From NCBI GenBank assembly GCA_047150005.1, contig AP038806.1, positions 2,080,001 through 2,144,000 on the forward strand: DNA of 64,000 nt, read 5' to 3'. The first letter of the stretch is position 1, and every line of letters begins with the position of its first letter. Below, piece after piece: positions 8,646-18,786 of this stretch. The notes under the pieces are model-generated. The model made no database searches and was not told where the DNA came from. It saw nothing but the letters and a program-made list of their open reading frames with translations. The position numbers were made by a program, and so were the translations under genes. Source of the stretch: Nitrospira sp. (GTDB taxonomy: Bacteria > Nitrospirota > Nitrospiria > Nitrospirales > Nitrospiraceae).

Positions 8646-10241
8646 TTGGGCGAAACGCGCGTTGACCTCCAGCATCTGCTCGAAGACCTGCGCGATGCGT
8701 ATCCTGGCGCGCTGGAAGAAACCATCCTCACGGAAATCGTTGCCAATTCGCTGGACTCCGGCGCGACGTGCCTCCGCGTCACGGCCGATCCGGCTGCGTC
8801 CACGCTCACGATTGTCGACGATGGATCGGGCATGCGACGAAGAGATCTCGTTCGCTACCACGATCTGGCCGCCAGCACGAAGACGCGTGGCCATGGGATC
8901 GGTTTCGCCGGGGTCGGGATGAAGCTCGGTCTGCTGGTGTGCGAAGAGGTCGTGACCGAAACGCGGCGCGGGAAGGAACACGTGGCGAGCCGCTGGCATT
9001 TGGCCGGACGTCACAAGGCGCCGTGGAAATGGATTCCGCCGCCTGGGTTGGTGCCCGAGCATGGCACGGCGGTGCAACTGAAGCTGCACAATGCGCTCTC
9101 GCCGCTCCTCGATGACGGCTATCTTGAAGGGGCGCTGCGCCGGCAGTATCAGCCGCTGCTGGAGCCGGAGTTCGACGAGATGCTGATCCTGCATTATCCC
9201 AAGGGCTTCCGGTTCGAGGTCAATGGACGATTGCTTGGGCGTCAGCATGCCCATGGGGCGGAGGTGTCGAGACTGGCTGTTTGCCTTGCGCGCAAGCGCA
9301 GGCCGACGGCGGTCGGCTATCTGGCGCGAAGCGAGTCTCCGTTTCCGGAGGACCAGCGTGGCATGGCGATTAGTACGTATGGCAAGGTCATCAAACGCGG
9401 ATGGGATTGGCTGGGGATTACGCCGGCTGCTCCGGACCGAATGGCGGGGATGATCGAGGCGCCTGCGCTGGCCGCAGCGCTGACTCTGAACAAAGGGGAT
9501 TTTGTTCGTGTCGGCGCCAGAGGCGCATTGTATCTGGGGTATCGTAAGGCCATTCAAGAGGCCGTCTCGCAGCAATTGTCTCATTGGGGTGACGTTCGTG
9601 AAACCGGCGACAAGGCCGGCCGCCGCGCCGTACGGCCGCTGGAGCGTGATCTGGAAACCGTCTTGGTGGATCTGGCCGAAGAATTTCCGCTGCTGGCATC
9701 ACTGGTCGAGCAGCGAGCCGGCGGACAGAAACGATTGCCGATCGGACCGACCGGTTCGCTGGAGGATGGTCGCGGGCTGCTCGCGGCCTCCGTCATCGTC
9801 GGCGCAGAGGCGCTCGATGAGATAGCCGCGACTCCCGACGTGCCGCAAGCGCCCGAAGAATCCACGCCGCCGACCGATGCAGAGTCAGCAGTCGCGCAGC
9901 CGGAACCGGAGTCTTCGTCGGGCGTCGCCGTCGTGCCGGGACCCAAGGGGCGGTCACGACCTGGCCGTTATGGACTCACCATCCGGTTCGAGTCCCGTGC
10001 CGGCGACCCCGATCTTGGGCGCCTTATCGAATCCACCGTCGTCATCAACGACGCGCATCCCGCCTATCGCCGCGCCCTCGCGTCCCGCTCGGAGGGTTAT
10101 CACATCGCCCTGGCCGTCGGACTGGCACTTGCTCGCCTCGCCGTCCCGCCCGCTGAAGCGCACGAGTTTGTGACGTCCTTTCTGACCCGGTGGGGCGAAG
10201 CCCTCGACGGGACCCGCCGCAGATCCCGCAAGCGATCCTAA
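8646..10241 (+). CDS. GHKL (Hsp90/MORC-like) ATPase
   Basis: TEIVANSLD, VDDGSGM and GIGFAGVGMK GHKL boxes, an acidic Pro-rich linker, and C-terminal VINDAHP. TTG start with GGAG SD. Confidence 0.8.
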   Translation: MGETRVDLQHLLEDLRDAYPGALEETILTEIVANSLDSGATCLRVTADPAASTLTIVDDGSGMRRRDLVRYHDLAASTKTRGHGIGFAGVGMKLGLLVCEEVVTETRRGKEHVASRWHLAGRHKAPWKWIPPPGLVPEHGTAVQLKLHNALSPLLDDGYLEGALRRQYQPLLEPEFDEMLILHYPKGFRFEVNGRLLGRQHAHGAEVSRLAVCLARKRRPTAVGYLARSESPFPEDQRGMAISTYGKVIKRGWDWLGITPAAPDRMAGMIEAPALAAALTLNKGDFVRVGARGALYLGYRKAIQEAVSQQLSHWGDVRETGDKAGRRAVRPLERDLETVLVDLAEEFPLLASLVEQRAGGQKRLPIGPTGSLEDGRGLLAASVIVGAEALDEIAATPDVPQAPEESTPPTDAESAVAQPEPESSSGVAVVPGPKGRSRPGRYGLTIRFESRAGDPDLGRLIESTVVINDAHPAYRRALASRSEGYHIALAVGLALARLAVPPAEAHEFVTSFLTRWGEALDGTRRRSRKRS

Positions 10242-10252
10242 AAAGACAACGT

Positions 10253-10627
10253 TTACTCCCCGAAGAGGATAATGCCCTGGATCATCCGATAGTGACGTTT
10301 ATTCCGTGTAAGCAGAGGAAGATGTTTGACAAGTGCGGCTGCCGCGATGAGCGCATCGCCCTTTTCAAGCGAGGGATGACGGCGACGAAGGCCCGAATAT
10401 TTCGTCGCGATGGCATCGGACAGGGGGATGAGTCGACATCGGCTCAATTCATCTTCAATGCCTTCTCGCTCGGCGTCGCGAAGTCCGGGCCTGGTGAGCA
10501 GTTCTTTCCTGGTTACGACGGAGTAGTACAGGATGAAACCGGCAGAATCGAAGAGCGTATGGAACCGGGCGGTATTGAAATAATCGATGAAGATGTCGGT
10601 GTCTACGAGGAGCGAGATTTTTGCCAT
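10253..10627 (-). CDS. PIN-domain (VapC-like) toxin
   Basis: [18 protein letters not shown] and LLTRNKRHY motifs. Confidence 0.85.
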   Translation of the reverse strand: MAKISLLVDTDIFIDYFNTARFHTLFDSAGFILYYSVVTRKELLTRPGLRDAEREGIEDELSRCRLIPLSDAIATKYSGLRRRHPSLEKGDALIAAAALVKHLPLLTRNKRHYRMIQGIILFGE

Positions 10628-10872
10628 GCCTCAATCTCGTCCAGGAAGATGCTATCGGATTGCCGGCGGCCCTGTTTGCGCAGAGCCGTCACGTACGCAG
10701 CGCTGTCCTCCACGTCCGTATGTCCGAACGGATTGAATTTCTCTCTGACAAGGTTTTCCAGCAGGGTCACGGGATAGATTCCTCGGCGCTTGGCGGCTTT
10801 CACGACCAGGCTTTTCAGCTCGGGATCGAACGACAACGTCCACTTTTCTTTTCGCAGAGCCGATTTCGCCAT
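10603..10872 (-). CDS. Putative antitoxin (ribbon-helix-helix-like), 89 aa
   Basis: [39 protein letters not shown]. Overlaps the PIN gene start. Confidence 0.7.
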   Translation of the reverse strand: MAKSALRKEKWTLSFDPELKSLVVKAAKRRGIYPVTLLENLVREKFNPFGHTDVEDSAAYVTALRKQGRRQSDSIFLDEIEAWQKSRSS

Positions 10873-10897
10873 GTAAGCCTCCCTTGCAACCATACGT

Positions 10898-10949
10898 ATA
10901 TTAGACGTGCGATCAATCAGTGTCAAGGTCGAGCCTTGGATGGTATAAT
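10898..10949. promoter_or_regulatory. Divergent promoters for the TA pair (-) and uvrA (+)
   Basis: Minus strand has TTGACA-17 bp-TAATAT. Plus strand has an extended -10 TGGTATAAT at 10941-10949, ending 10 nt before the uvrA ATG. Confidence 0.6.
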
Positions 10950-10959
10950 CCCGTTCCTC

Positions 10960-13467
10960 ATGGGCCAATCCATCATCATCAAGGGCGCGCGCGAGCACAA
11001 TCTCAAGAACATCGACGTGGAGATTCCGCGCGACCAACTGGTCGTCATCACGGGTCTGAGCGGGTCCGGCAAGTCGTCGCTCGCCTTCGACACGATCTAT
11101 GCCGAGGGCCAACGGCGGTATGTCGAATCGCTGTCCGCCTATGCGCGCCAATTCCTCGATCAGATGGGCAAGCCCGACGTCGATTCGATCGAAGGCCTGT
11201 CGCCGGCCATCTCGATCGAACAGAAGAGCACGAGCCACAATCCCCGTTCCACGGTCGGTACCGTTACGGAGATCTACGATTACCTCCGGTTGCTCTTCGC
11301 GCGCGTCGGCCGGCCGCATTGCTTTCAATGCGGCCAGGAGATCACGGCTCAGACCGTTCAGCAGATGGTCGATGCGATCCTCGCCTTGCCGGAAGGAATG
11401 AAGTTCCAGATTCTCGCACCTATTGTCCGGGGACGAAAAGGCGAATACCGGAAAGAGCTGCTGGAGATGCGCCGCGCCGGTTATGTCCGAGCCCGCATCG
11501 ACGGCAAGCTTGTTGATCTCGCCGACGACATCGCGCTGGACAAGCAGAAAAAACATACGATCGAGATCATCGTCGATCGGTTGGTCATGAAACCGGGCGA
11601 TGCCCTCATGCGCCGGCTGGCAGATTCCGTCGAAACGTCTCTGAAGCTCGGCGGAGGGCTCGTCGGCGTGCTGGCCGAAGATGACAAGACGTTTCTCTAC
11701 AGCGAAAAGCTCGCCTGCATCCGGTGCGGCGTCAGTTATCCGGAGGTCACGCCGCGCATCTTCTCGTTCAACAGCCCGCATGGAGCGTGCCCCGCGTGCG
11801 ATGGCATCGGCTATGCCATGACGCCGGGTTGCCCCGAGGACGAGGACCTGACGCTGCTGGAACGCTGTGACGTCTGCAAAGGGGCGCGGCTTCGGCCGGA
11901 AAGCCTGTCGGTGAAGGTCGCGGGACAATCGATTGCCGCCGTGACCGAGCTGTCCGTGCGGGCCGCGGCCGACTTCTTTGCCTCGTTGAAGTTTACCGAG
12001 CGCGAGTTGGTGATTGCACACCGCATCCTGAAGGAAATCCGCGAGCGGCTCGGCTTTCTGGTCAACGTGGGGCTCGACTACCTGACGCTGGATCGGACGG
12101 CTGCCACGTTATCGGGAGGAGAAGGACAACGGATTCGATTGGCCACTCAGATCGGATCCGGCCTGGTGGGCGTGTTGTACATTCTGGACGAACCGTCGAT
12201 CGGGCTGCACCAGCGAGACAACCGCCGGTTGCTGCAGACGCTGCTGCGGCTGCGCGACCTTGGGAACACCGTCGTCGTGGTGGAGCACGATGCGGAAACG
12301 ATGCTGGCGGCCGATCACATTCTCGACATGGGACCGGGCGCCGGCTCGCACGGCGGGCATGTCATCGCCCAGGGAAGCCCGAAGCAGGTCATGGACGATC
12401 CCCGTTCCTTGACCGGCCAGTATCTGCGGGGGGCTCAAACCGTGGCGGTACCAAGCCGGCAGCGGAATCCCAGAGGCTTCCTCTCGGTCGTCGACGCGCG
12501 GAAACACAACCTCAAGGGCGTGACGGCCAAGATTCCCCTCGGGCTGTTGACCTGCGTGACGGGCGTGTCGGGCTCGGGCAAGAGTACCTTGGTGCTGGAA
12601 GTCCTGTTTCACTCACTTTCTCAATTGCTATACCACAAGAAGCCGAAGATCGACGGGTGCAAAGAATTACGCGGCGTCTCCGCGCTCGACAAGGTGATCG
12701 ACATCGATCAGTCGCCGATCGGGCGCACGCCCCGTTCGAATCCCGCGACCTATACGGGATTGTTTGGGTACATCCGTGATCTGTTTTCGAACCTGCCGGA
12801 ATCCCGGATGCGCGGGTATAAGCCGGGCCGCTACAGCTTCAACGTCAAGGGCGGCCGCTGCGAAGCCTGTCAAGGTGACGGGCTCATCAAGATCGAGATG
12901 CATTTTCTGCCGGACGTCTACGTCACCTGCGAAGTCTGCAAGGGGCAGCGCTACAATCGAGAGACACTTGAGATCTTGCATAAGGGCAAGAGTATCGCCG
13001 ACATCCTGAACATGACGGTCGACGACGCGCTGGAGTTTTTCGAACACATCCCACTCATCAAAGCCAAACTGCAGACGCTGCATGATGTCGGGTTGCATTA
13101 CGTGAGACTCGGGCAGTCGGCCACGACGCTGTCCGGGGGCGAGGCGCAGCGTGTGAAGCTGTCCCGCGAGTTGTCGAAGCGAGCGACCGGCCGCACGATG
13201 TATATCCTGGACGAGCCGACCACGGGGCTGCACTTCGCCGACGTCCAGCGATTGCTCGACGTGCTTGACCGGCTGGTCGAAGCGGGGAACACGGTGCTGG
13301 TCATCGAGCACAATCTTGACGTCATCAGGAATGCCGATTGGATCATCGACTTGGGGCCGGAAGGAGGAGATCGCGGCGGCGAGATTGTGGCGGAGGGGGC
13401 GCCGAAGGAGATCGCGAAGGTGAAGCGGTCGTACACCGGGCAGGTGCTGAGGGAAGCAGGAGTTTAA
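10960..13467 (+). CDS. uvrA: Excinuclease ABC subunit A (short form, 835 aa)
   Basis: [50 protein letters not shown] and zinc-finger CxxC pairs. Confidence 0.95.
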   Translation: MGQSIIIKGAREHNLKNIDVEIPRDQLVVITGLSGSGKSSLAFDTIYAEGQRRYVESLSAYARQFLDQMGKPDVDSIEGLSPAISIEQKSTSHNPRSTVGTVTEIYDYLRLLFARVGRPHCFQCGQEITAQTVQQMVDAILALPEGMKFQILAPIVRGRKGEYRKELLEMRRAGYVRARIDGKLVDLADDIALDKQKKHTIEIIVDRLVMKPGDALMRRLADSVETSLKLGGGLVGVLAEDDKTFLYSEKLACIRCGVSYPEVTPRIFSFNSPHGACPACDGIGYAMTPGCPEDEDLTLLERCDVCKGARLRPESLSVKVAGQSIAAVTELSVRAAADFFASLKFTERELVIAHRILKEIRERLGFLVNVGLDYLTLDRTAATLSGGEGQRIRLATQIGSGLVGVLYILDEPSIGLHQRDNRRLLQTLLRLRDLGNTVVVVEHDAETMLAADHILDMGPGAGSHGGHVIAQGSPKQVMDDPRSLTGQYLRGAQTVAVPSRQRNPRGFLSVVDARKHNLKGVTAKIPLGLLTCVTGVSGSGKSTLVLEVLFHSLSQLLYHKKPKIDGCKELRGVSALDKVIDIDQSPIGRTPRSNPATYTGLFGYIRDLFSNLPESRMRGYKPGRYSFNVKGGRCEACQGDGLIKIEMHFLPDVYVTCEVCKGQRYNRETLEILHKGKSIADILNMTVDDALEFFEHIPLIKAKLQTLHDVGLHYVRLGQSATTLSGGEAQRVKLSRELSKRATGRTMYILDEPTTGLHFADVQRLLDVLDRLVEAGNTVLVIEHNLDVIRNADWIIDLGPEGGDRGGEIVAEGAPKEIAKVKRSYTGQVLREAGV

Positions 13468-13536
13468 GTCCTCGCACCCCGCCCGGTGTAGGGACCCTGC
13501 TGCGGGCGGTCGGGCTCCCAGGTCAGCGCCACCCGC
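13468..13536 (+). repeat. 69-bp dispersed GC-rich repeat, copy 1
   Basis: Matches 48281-48349 at 63 of 69 positions by manual alignment, and the reverse complement of 58070-58134. Begins directly after the uvrA stop. Confidence 0.85.
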
Positions 13537-13694
13537 AAAGATGTATCTTCCACTCCTCCCCGCTGAGAGAAGGAAGTAGGTAAGTGGTAGCTGATGGCGC
13601 TGATGGCCATCGGCCGCGGCATATTGCGGATATGAACCTGAGATGAAGTGTCCCCCGTGAGGAAACCAGTCATTCCGATTCGGATCAGCCGTCG

Positions 13695-15368
13695 ATGACC
13701 CAATCCGAAGCGCTCGCGATTTTGAAAACCGGCTCCAACGTGTTCATGACCGGCGAGCCCGGCTCCGGCAAGACTCACACGATCAACCAGTATGTCGCGT
13801 ATTTGCGCGCGAGCGGGATCGAGCCGGCCATCACCGCGTCAACCGGCATTGCCGCGACCCATATCGGCGGGATAACGATCCATTCCTGGAGCGGCATCGG
13901 TGTTAAGACCACATTGAGCCGGTCCGATGTTCAGGCCATCGTGGGTAACAAAGCGATCGCCAAGCGCATCCGGCGCGCCAAGGTGCTGATCATCGACGAA
14001 GTCTCCATGCTGGCCGCCGAGACCCTTTCGATGGTCGATGCCCTGTGTCGCGAGATCAAAGAGCCATCGGAGCCGTTCGGCGGCCTTCAAGTCGTGCTGG
14101 TCGGCGACTTTTTCCAATTGCCGCCGGTCGTCAGAACGGCAGCGGGACAGGACGCACCGGTGCTGTTCACGGAAGAGGCATCGGCCCGGTTCGCTTATGA
14201 CTCTCCCGCGTGGAAAGGGGCCGACCTGACGGTGTGCTATCTCACCGACCAATACCGGCAGGACGACGACGAGTTTCTGGCCGTCCTGTCGGCGATCCGG
14301 CGCAATGCGTTCTGCGCCGACCATTTAAGCTGGCTCACCGGCAGAACCGTTCGGCCTCACGAGGTCCCGAAGGCCGCGCCGAAACTCTTTTCGCACAATG
14401 CCGATGTGGACCGGGTCAATGACGGCATCCTCGCTCAGCTTCCCGGCGAGCCGCGCGTCTATCCCATGTCGTCGCAAGGCCCTGAGGCACTGGTCGCTGC
14501 GCTGAAAAAGGGATGCCTATCGCCCGAGAGACTGTGTCTGAAATCCGGCGCGGCGGTGATGTTCACGAAGAACAACCCTCAAGAGGGATTCGTGAACGGG
14601 ACGCTCGGCGTGGTGGAGGAATTCGATCGCCAGTACGGCCATCCTATCGTCAGCACGCGAGGCGGAAGAAGAATTGCCGTCGAACCGATGGACTGGACGG
14701 TGGAGGAGCACGGAACCGTTCGCGCGCGTCTGACGCAGCTGCCGCTGAGGCTGGCCTGGGCGATCACCGTGCATAAGAGCCAGGGCATGAGCTTGGACGA
14801 GGCGGTGATGGACCTGCGCGAGGTGTTTGAGTTCGGCCAGGGCTACGTCGCGCTCTCGCGCATCCGGCGACTATCGGGCCTGTACCTGCTCGGCTGGAAC
14901 GAGCGCGCGTTTCTGGTGCATCCGGACGTGTCGGCCAAAGATGCAGAGTTCCGGGGGCAGTCGGAGCAGGCCGCGCGTACATGCAACGGCATGACTGGAG
15001 AGGAGATGACGGCCAGGCGCGAGCGATTCGTTCGCCGATGCGGTGGGACGATACAATCAGAACAGCGAGCGAGCGCATCGAACGCCCTTCGCGCGGGTAG
15101 CGAACCGAAGCGGAAGACTCCACCCTCATCGGGTTTCGACGCCATCAGAGCGCGCCATCCCCAGGCCTACCTGCCGTGGGATCAGACGCAAGATGAGCAA
15201 TTGCGGGAACTCTTTGCGAAGGGCGCACCCGTGGCAGACCTCGCAAAATCGTTCAACAGAACGAAAGGCGCCATTAGGTCGCGCCTGGTCAAATTGGGGT
15301 TGATGAAAGATCCATCCTGCGCCAAGCCCACGGAGGATGGTCGCCATGGCGCAGATGCGCTCATATGA
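13695..15368 (+). CDS. PIF1-family (SF1B) DNA helicase with C-terminal HTH-like domain
   Basis: GEPGSGKT, IIDEVSML, GDFFQLPPV, LAWAITVHKSQG and GQGYVALSR motifs. Confidence 0.9.
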   Translation: MTQSEALAILKTGSNVFMTGEPGSGKTHTINQYVAYLRASGIEPAITASTGIAATHIGGITIHSWSGIGVKTTLSRSDVQAIVGNKAIAKRIRRAKVLIIDEVSMLAAETLSMVDALCREIKEPSEPFGGLQVVLVGDFFQLPPVVRTAAGQDAPVLFTEEASARFAYDSPAWKGADLTVCYLTDQYRQDDDEFLAVLSAIRRNAFCADHLSWLTGRTVRPHEVPKAAPKLFSHNADVDRVNDGILAQLPGEPRVYPMSSQGPEALVAALKKGCLSPERLCLKSGAAVMFTKNNPQEGFVNGTLGVVEEFDRQYGHPIVSTRGGRRIAVEPMDWTVEEHGTVRARLTQLPLRLAWAITVHKSQGMSLDEAVMDLREVFEFGQGYVALSRIRRLSGLYLLGWNERAFLVHPDVSAKDAEFRGQSEQAARTCNGMTGEEMTARRERFVRRCGGTIQSEQRASASNALRAGSEPKRKTPPSSGFDAIRARHPQAYLPWDQTQDEQLRELFAKGAPVADLAKSFNRTKGAIRSRLVKLGLMKDPSCAKPTEDGRHGADALI

Positions 15369-15402
15369 AATCTGCCCCCTTTGGCGGCATATATCATGAT
15401 AA

Positions 15403-15431
15403 TTGACATAGATGGTGTCTAATATCATACT
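15403..15431 (+). promoter_or_regulatory. Sigma70-type promoter predicting a leaderless mRNA
   Basis: TTGACA-17 bp-CATACT ends 7 nt before the ATG at 15439. Confidence 0.55.
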
Positions 15432-15438
15432 CGGACGG

Positions 15439-16575
15439 ATGGACATCCCTCGCATTCTCGACCTGCCGAAGCTTCTGACGACCAAGTCCTACTTTCTATT
15501 CGGCCCTCGGCAGACGGGGAAAACGTTCATGATCCGCCGGCAGTTTCCCGCTGCGACATACTACAACCTGCATGAGACCGATACCTTTTTGAAGTTCAAC
15601 CAGGCGCCTCACCGGCTGCGCCAGGAACTGACCGGCAAGGACAAGCTGGTCATTATGGACGAAATCCAGAAGCTGCCGCTGCTCCTGGACGAGATCCAGG
15701 TGATGATCGATGAACGACAGGTGCGCTTTCTGCTCACTGGGTCGAGCGCCAGGGCGCTCAAGCGCAAGGGGCTCAATTTGCTCGGAGGCCGCGCGAGAAC
15801 GAAGCGGCTTCACCCCCTCTGCTGTCGGGAATTGGGACCGCAGTTTGAGCTGGTCAAAGCCCTCGACCGAGGATTACTGCCGTCGCTGTATTTTTCCGAT
15901 TCGCCCGGTGAGGATCTCCAAGCCTATGTGGGGACCTATCTCAAGGAAGAGGTCGCGGCCGAGGCGATCGTCCGCAATCTGCCTGCGTTCAGCCGATTCT
16001 TGACCGTCGCGGCACTGTGCAATGGGCAGATGCTCAACTATTCCAAGATCGCGAGCGACGCGCAAGTCCCCAAATCCACCGTGCAGGAATATTTCCACAT
16101 TCTGCGCGACACCCTCCTGGGGGACGATTTGCCGGCGTGGCGACGGACGGAGAAGCGCAAGCCTCTGACTACCGCCAAGTTTTATTTCTTCGACATCGGC
16201 ATCGTGCGGCACCTGCAGCGGCGGCGGCACCTCCAAGAAGGCTCGCCGGAGTTCGGCGAAGCCTTCGAGGCCTACCTCTACCACGAGCTGAAAACCTATT
16301 GTGATTATGAGGGAGTGCCGGAGGTGGCCTATTGGCGCTCGACATCGGACTTTGAAGTGGATTTTATCTTGAACGATCGCACCGCCATCGAAGTGAAAGC
16401 GAAGACGAATGTGTCGGACCGGGATTTGCGCGGACTCCGCGCGCTCAAAGAAGAACGGTTGTTGAAGCACTATGTCGTGGTGAGCCAGGAAGCCACCCCA
16501 CGCCGTCTAGACGGGATCGAGATTCTTCCTTGGCGGGAGTTCCTCGATCGTTTGTGGGAAGGGGGCTACTCGTAA
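15439..16575 (+). CDS. AAA-family ATPase with DUF4143/PD-(D/E)xK-like C-terminus
   Basis: GPRQTGKT, MDEIQK, LTGSSAR, KFYFFDIG and YWRSTSDFEVDFI...AIEVK motifs. Confidence 0.85.
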   Translation: MDIPRILDLPKLLTTKSYFLFGPRQTGKTFMIRRQFPAATYYNLHETDTFLKFNQAPHRLRQELTGKDKLVIMDEIQKLPLLLDEIQVMIDERQVRFLLTGSSARALKRKGLNLLGGRARTKRLHPLCCRELGPQFELVKALDRGLLPSLYFSDSPGEDLQAYVGTYLKEEVAAEAIVRNLPAFSRFLTVAALCNGQMLNYSKIASDAQVPKSTVQEYFHILRDTLLGDDLPAWRRTEKRKPLTTAKFYFFDIGIVRHLQRRRHLQEGSPEFGEAFEAYLYHELKTYCDYEGVPEVAYWRSTSDFEVDFILNDRTAIEVKAKTNVSDRDLRGLRALKEERLLKHYVVVSQEATPRRLDGIEILPWREFLDRLWEGGYS

Positions 16576-16678
16576 AGGAAGGAGAGAGGGCTGGCAGCTC
16601 CGTATTAAAGTAATGTCGCAGGAAGAGTAACGCATATCCTAAAGTGTAGATTGCGACCCCATGGGTGAATAGCTCTGA

Positions 16679-16828
16679 TGCATCGGAAGGCCGCGGTTTT
16701 TGACTTTCGGCATATCGAGGACAAAGCGATTGATTGTTGTGGCGCATGCGGAACGGGACGAGAAGACGAGAATCATCAACGCGCGTCCCATGACCAAGCG
16801 CGAGAAGGTGGTTTATGAAGAAGGTTAA
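16679..16828 (+). pseudogene. 5'-truncated BrnT-family toxin
   Basis: RFLTFGISRTKRLIVVAHAERDEKTRIINARPMTKREKVVYEEG* matches the BrnT C-terminal half. In-frame TGA at 16676 and no N-terminal half. Confidence 0.7.
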
Positions 16829-17057
16829 GAAAGATGAATTGCGTTCGGAATATCGGCGAGAAGACCTCGGCCAGGGCGTACGCGGCAAGTATCGAAAAGC
16901 ATACCGGTCTGGTAACAATCTTGTGCTTCTGAGGCCGGAGGTTGCTGCGGTCTTTCCAACCGAACGAGCCGTCAACGATGCGCTCAGTTCGCTGATTCGA
17001 GTGGCCCGGCAAAGCGCAAGGTCTGCTCGGCGCTCGTCACCATCCGGCAGACGATGA
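16815..17057 (+). CDS. BrnA-like antitoxin
   Basis: DELRSEY...GVRGKY...LRPEVAAVFPTERAVNDALSSL. Overlaps the end of the BrnT remnant. Confidence 0.7.
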   Translation: MKKVKKDELRSEYRREDLGQGVRGKYRKAYRSGNNLVLLRPEVAAVFPTERAVNDALSSLIRVARQSARSARRSSPSGRR

Positions 17058-18007
17058 ACCACTCATAGGGTATCTGCCGGTCACAGGTACTGCCCGCTTG
17101 GGTCCTCTTCATCGCAAGAGAGTTTGAAGATAGAATCGGGATCCTCAGACAGCCGTTTTTAGGGACAAGTTGTCCCGAGCGACATAAGTATTCAAATCCA
17201 AAAAGAAAAGAGCACGGTTCTCTCTCGCATTCTCCGACAAGATGTCAGTTTCATCCGCGTCGTAGCTGCCTGCCTCGACATCGTTCGATCCTCACAATTC
17301 CTTGTGAATTGAATAGTTGGCCCTGGGATTTCCTTCTGGCCCATCTCTTGCTTTGTACCCGAGGTGGTGGAAGAGCGTCGGCGGATGAATCTGCTGATCG
17401 CTTGGCCAAGAGGAGGGATGTCGAATGAAGCGATTACTCAGCTGGACGGTCGCCGGTGTGGACAGGCTTGGCCAGGATGTGGTCTCTGGGCATGGGGAAT
17501 ACTTCTTGTCCCTGGAGCAGGCGCTCAAGAACAGAGCGGATCGGACGTCGGACCACGCAGCGCAGCCGGGGCAGCGACGGAGCCGGTCTGGGACCGCCTC
17601 GAAATAATCGTATCGACTATACAGGGGGCTCGATGCGCCTATGTGGATATTGAAACAGACAACTCGCTCGCTGATCGATAGATTTGGGTTCGGTCGTTCC
17701 GGGAGGCGGCAACACGCGGATCAAGACTCGCGCTTAGACCGAAAGGTCGAGCGAGATGAAGTACCCGAGTCGGGGCCTGAATTGGGCCCGGAGTATGGCG
17801 ACAACTTTATCTCACGCATGATCCAGCTTTCGCAGATGCCGCGGACCCGCTCTCCGAGAGACCGAGCCACATTCTCGGTGCGACCCGTGTCCGCGAGACC
17901 GGCCTATGGGCTGTAATCGGATGCGGTCGTCTCCTCGCCGTGCTCGCCTTGCGATCCGCTCAAGCTGCGCATGACAGGAGACTGGTAGTGGGAGGAGAGG
18001 TGTGCCT

Positions 18008-18100
18008 ATGGGAACGTTGGGAAAGGGATTCACCTTGTAGCTCCTGGGCATTCCGGCCGGAGTTATCGTGCTGCTCTGGCTGTTGGCAATCCTGCATTGA
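18008..18100 (+). pseudogene. 30-codon small membrane peptide gene with internal TAG
   Basis: MGTLGKGFTL*LLGIPAGVIVLLWLLAILH* with GGAGG/GAGGT SD-like sequence upstream. The TAG at 18038 sits where Trp is expected in a ...LWLLGIP... motif. Confidence 0.55.
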
Positions 18101-18189
18101 TCCGGATGGTCGAAGCCCGCATCAACCGTATCGACAGTCAGTGCGAAAAGAAATCAAAGAATGAAGGAAATCAAATGAAGAGGTCTCGG

Positions 18190-18581
18190 ATGTAATACAG
18201 GAAGCTGGTCACGGCAAGCATAGCCATCACGTTGGCAATGCTGGGGTTCCGTCGGTCCATGCTGCGGATGTCGAACTACAGGTGGTGGACAGGAATGGTT
18301 ACATTGAGAGGTTCGAGGATGACCATTACGATGCCGATGACCCCCACACCAGGATTCAGGGGCCGAAGGAGACTGCGACGCTAAAGAATCTTCAGGGGAC
18401 AGACTGGGCCAACGATATCGAAAGCGTCGTCGTCGGTTCCAACGCGACGGTGTACGCTTATGAAGACAAGGATTTCAAAGCCACGGAAATTGTGTTCGCG
18501 CCCGGCCAGGAGGTGCCGAACCTCGGCAAGCTGGATATGCCCAATGATATCGAGTCCATAAAGATCGTCTGCGGCAAATAG
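18190..18581 (+). pseudogene. Secreted beta/gamma-crystallin-domain protein, disrupted
   Basis: WANDIESVVVG and MPNDIESIKI Greek-key motifs. The signal peptide (RKLVTASIAITLAMLG) is in another frame and follows ATG-TAA at 18190. Confidence 0.65.
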
Positions 18582-18604
18582 ACTCCTACGTCCGCCCATC
18601 CCCC

Positions 18605-18645
18605 GAAATCCGTCGCCGCGGCTCCGAGCCGCGGCGACGGATTTC
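18605..18645. terminator. Perfect 41-bp palindrome (possible terminator or cruciform)
   Basis: GAAATCCGTCGCCGCGGCTC-C-GAGCCGCGGCGACGGATTTC. Confidence 0.6.
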
Positions 18646-18786
18646 ACCGACTCCCTTCCACAGGCAACCGCCACGACTGTGATTGCAGAAGATGTGCTGG
18701 CCTCGGCCCTTAACCGGATGCTTGCAGGCCGGAGGTGCCGGCCATACAATGCGTCGATCGTTCGGCCCGACCGCTCGGAGGATTCG

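Noticed and set aside
18008..18250. Stop-codon recoding or read-through
   Set aside because: The lesions are of mixed types (TAG, TAA, frameshift), and all three stops end normal genes elsewhere in the window. Decay or sequence error is simpler.
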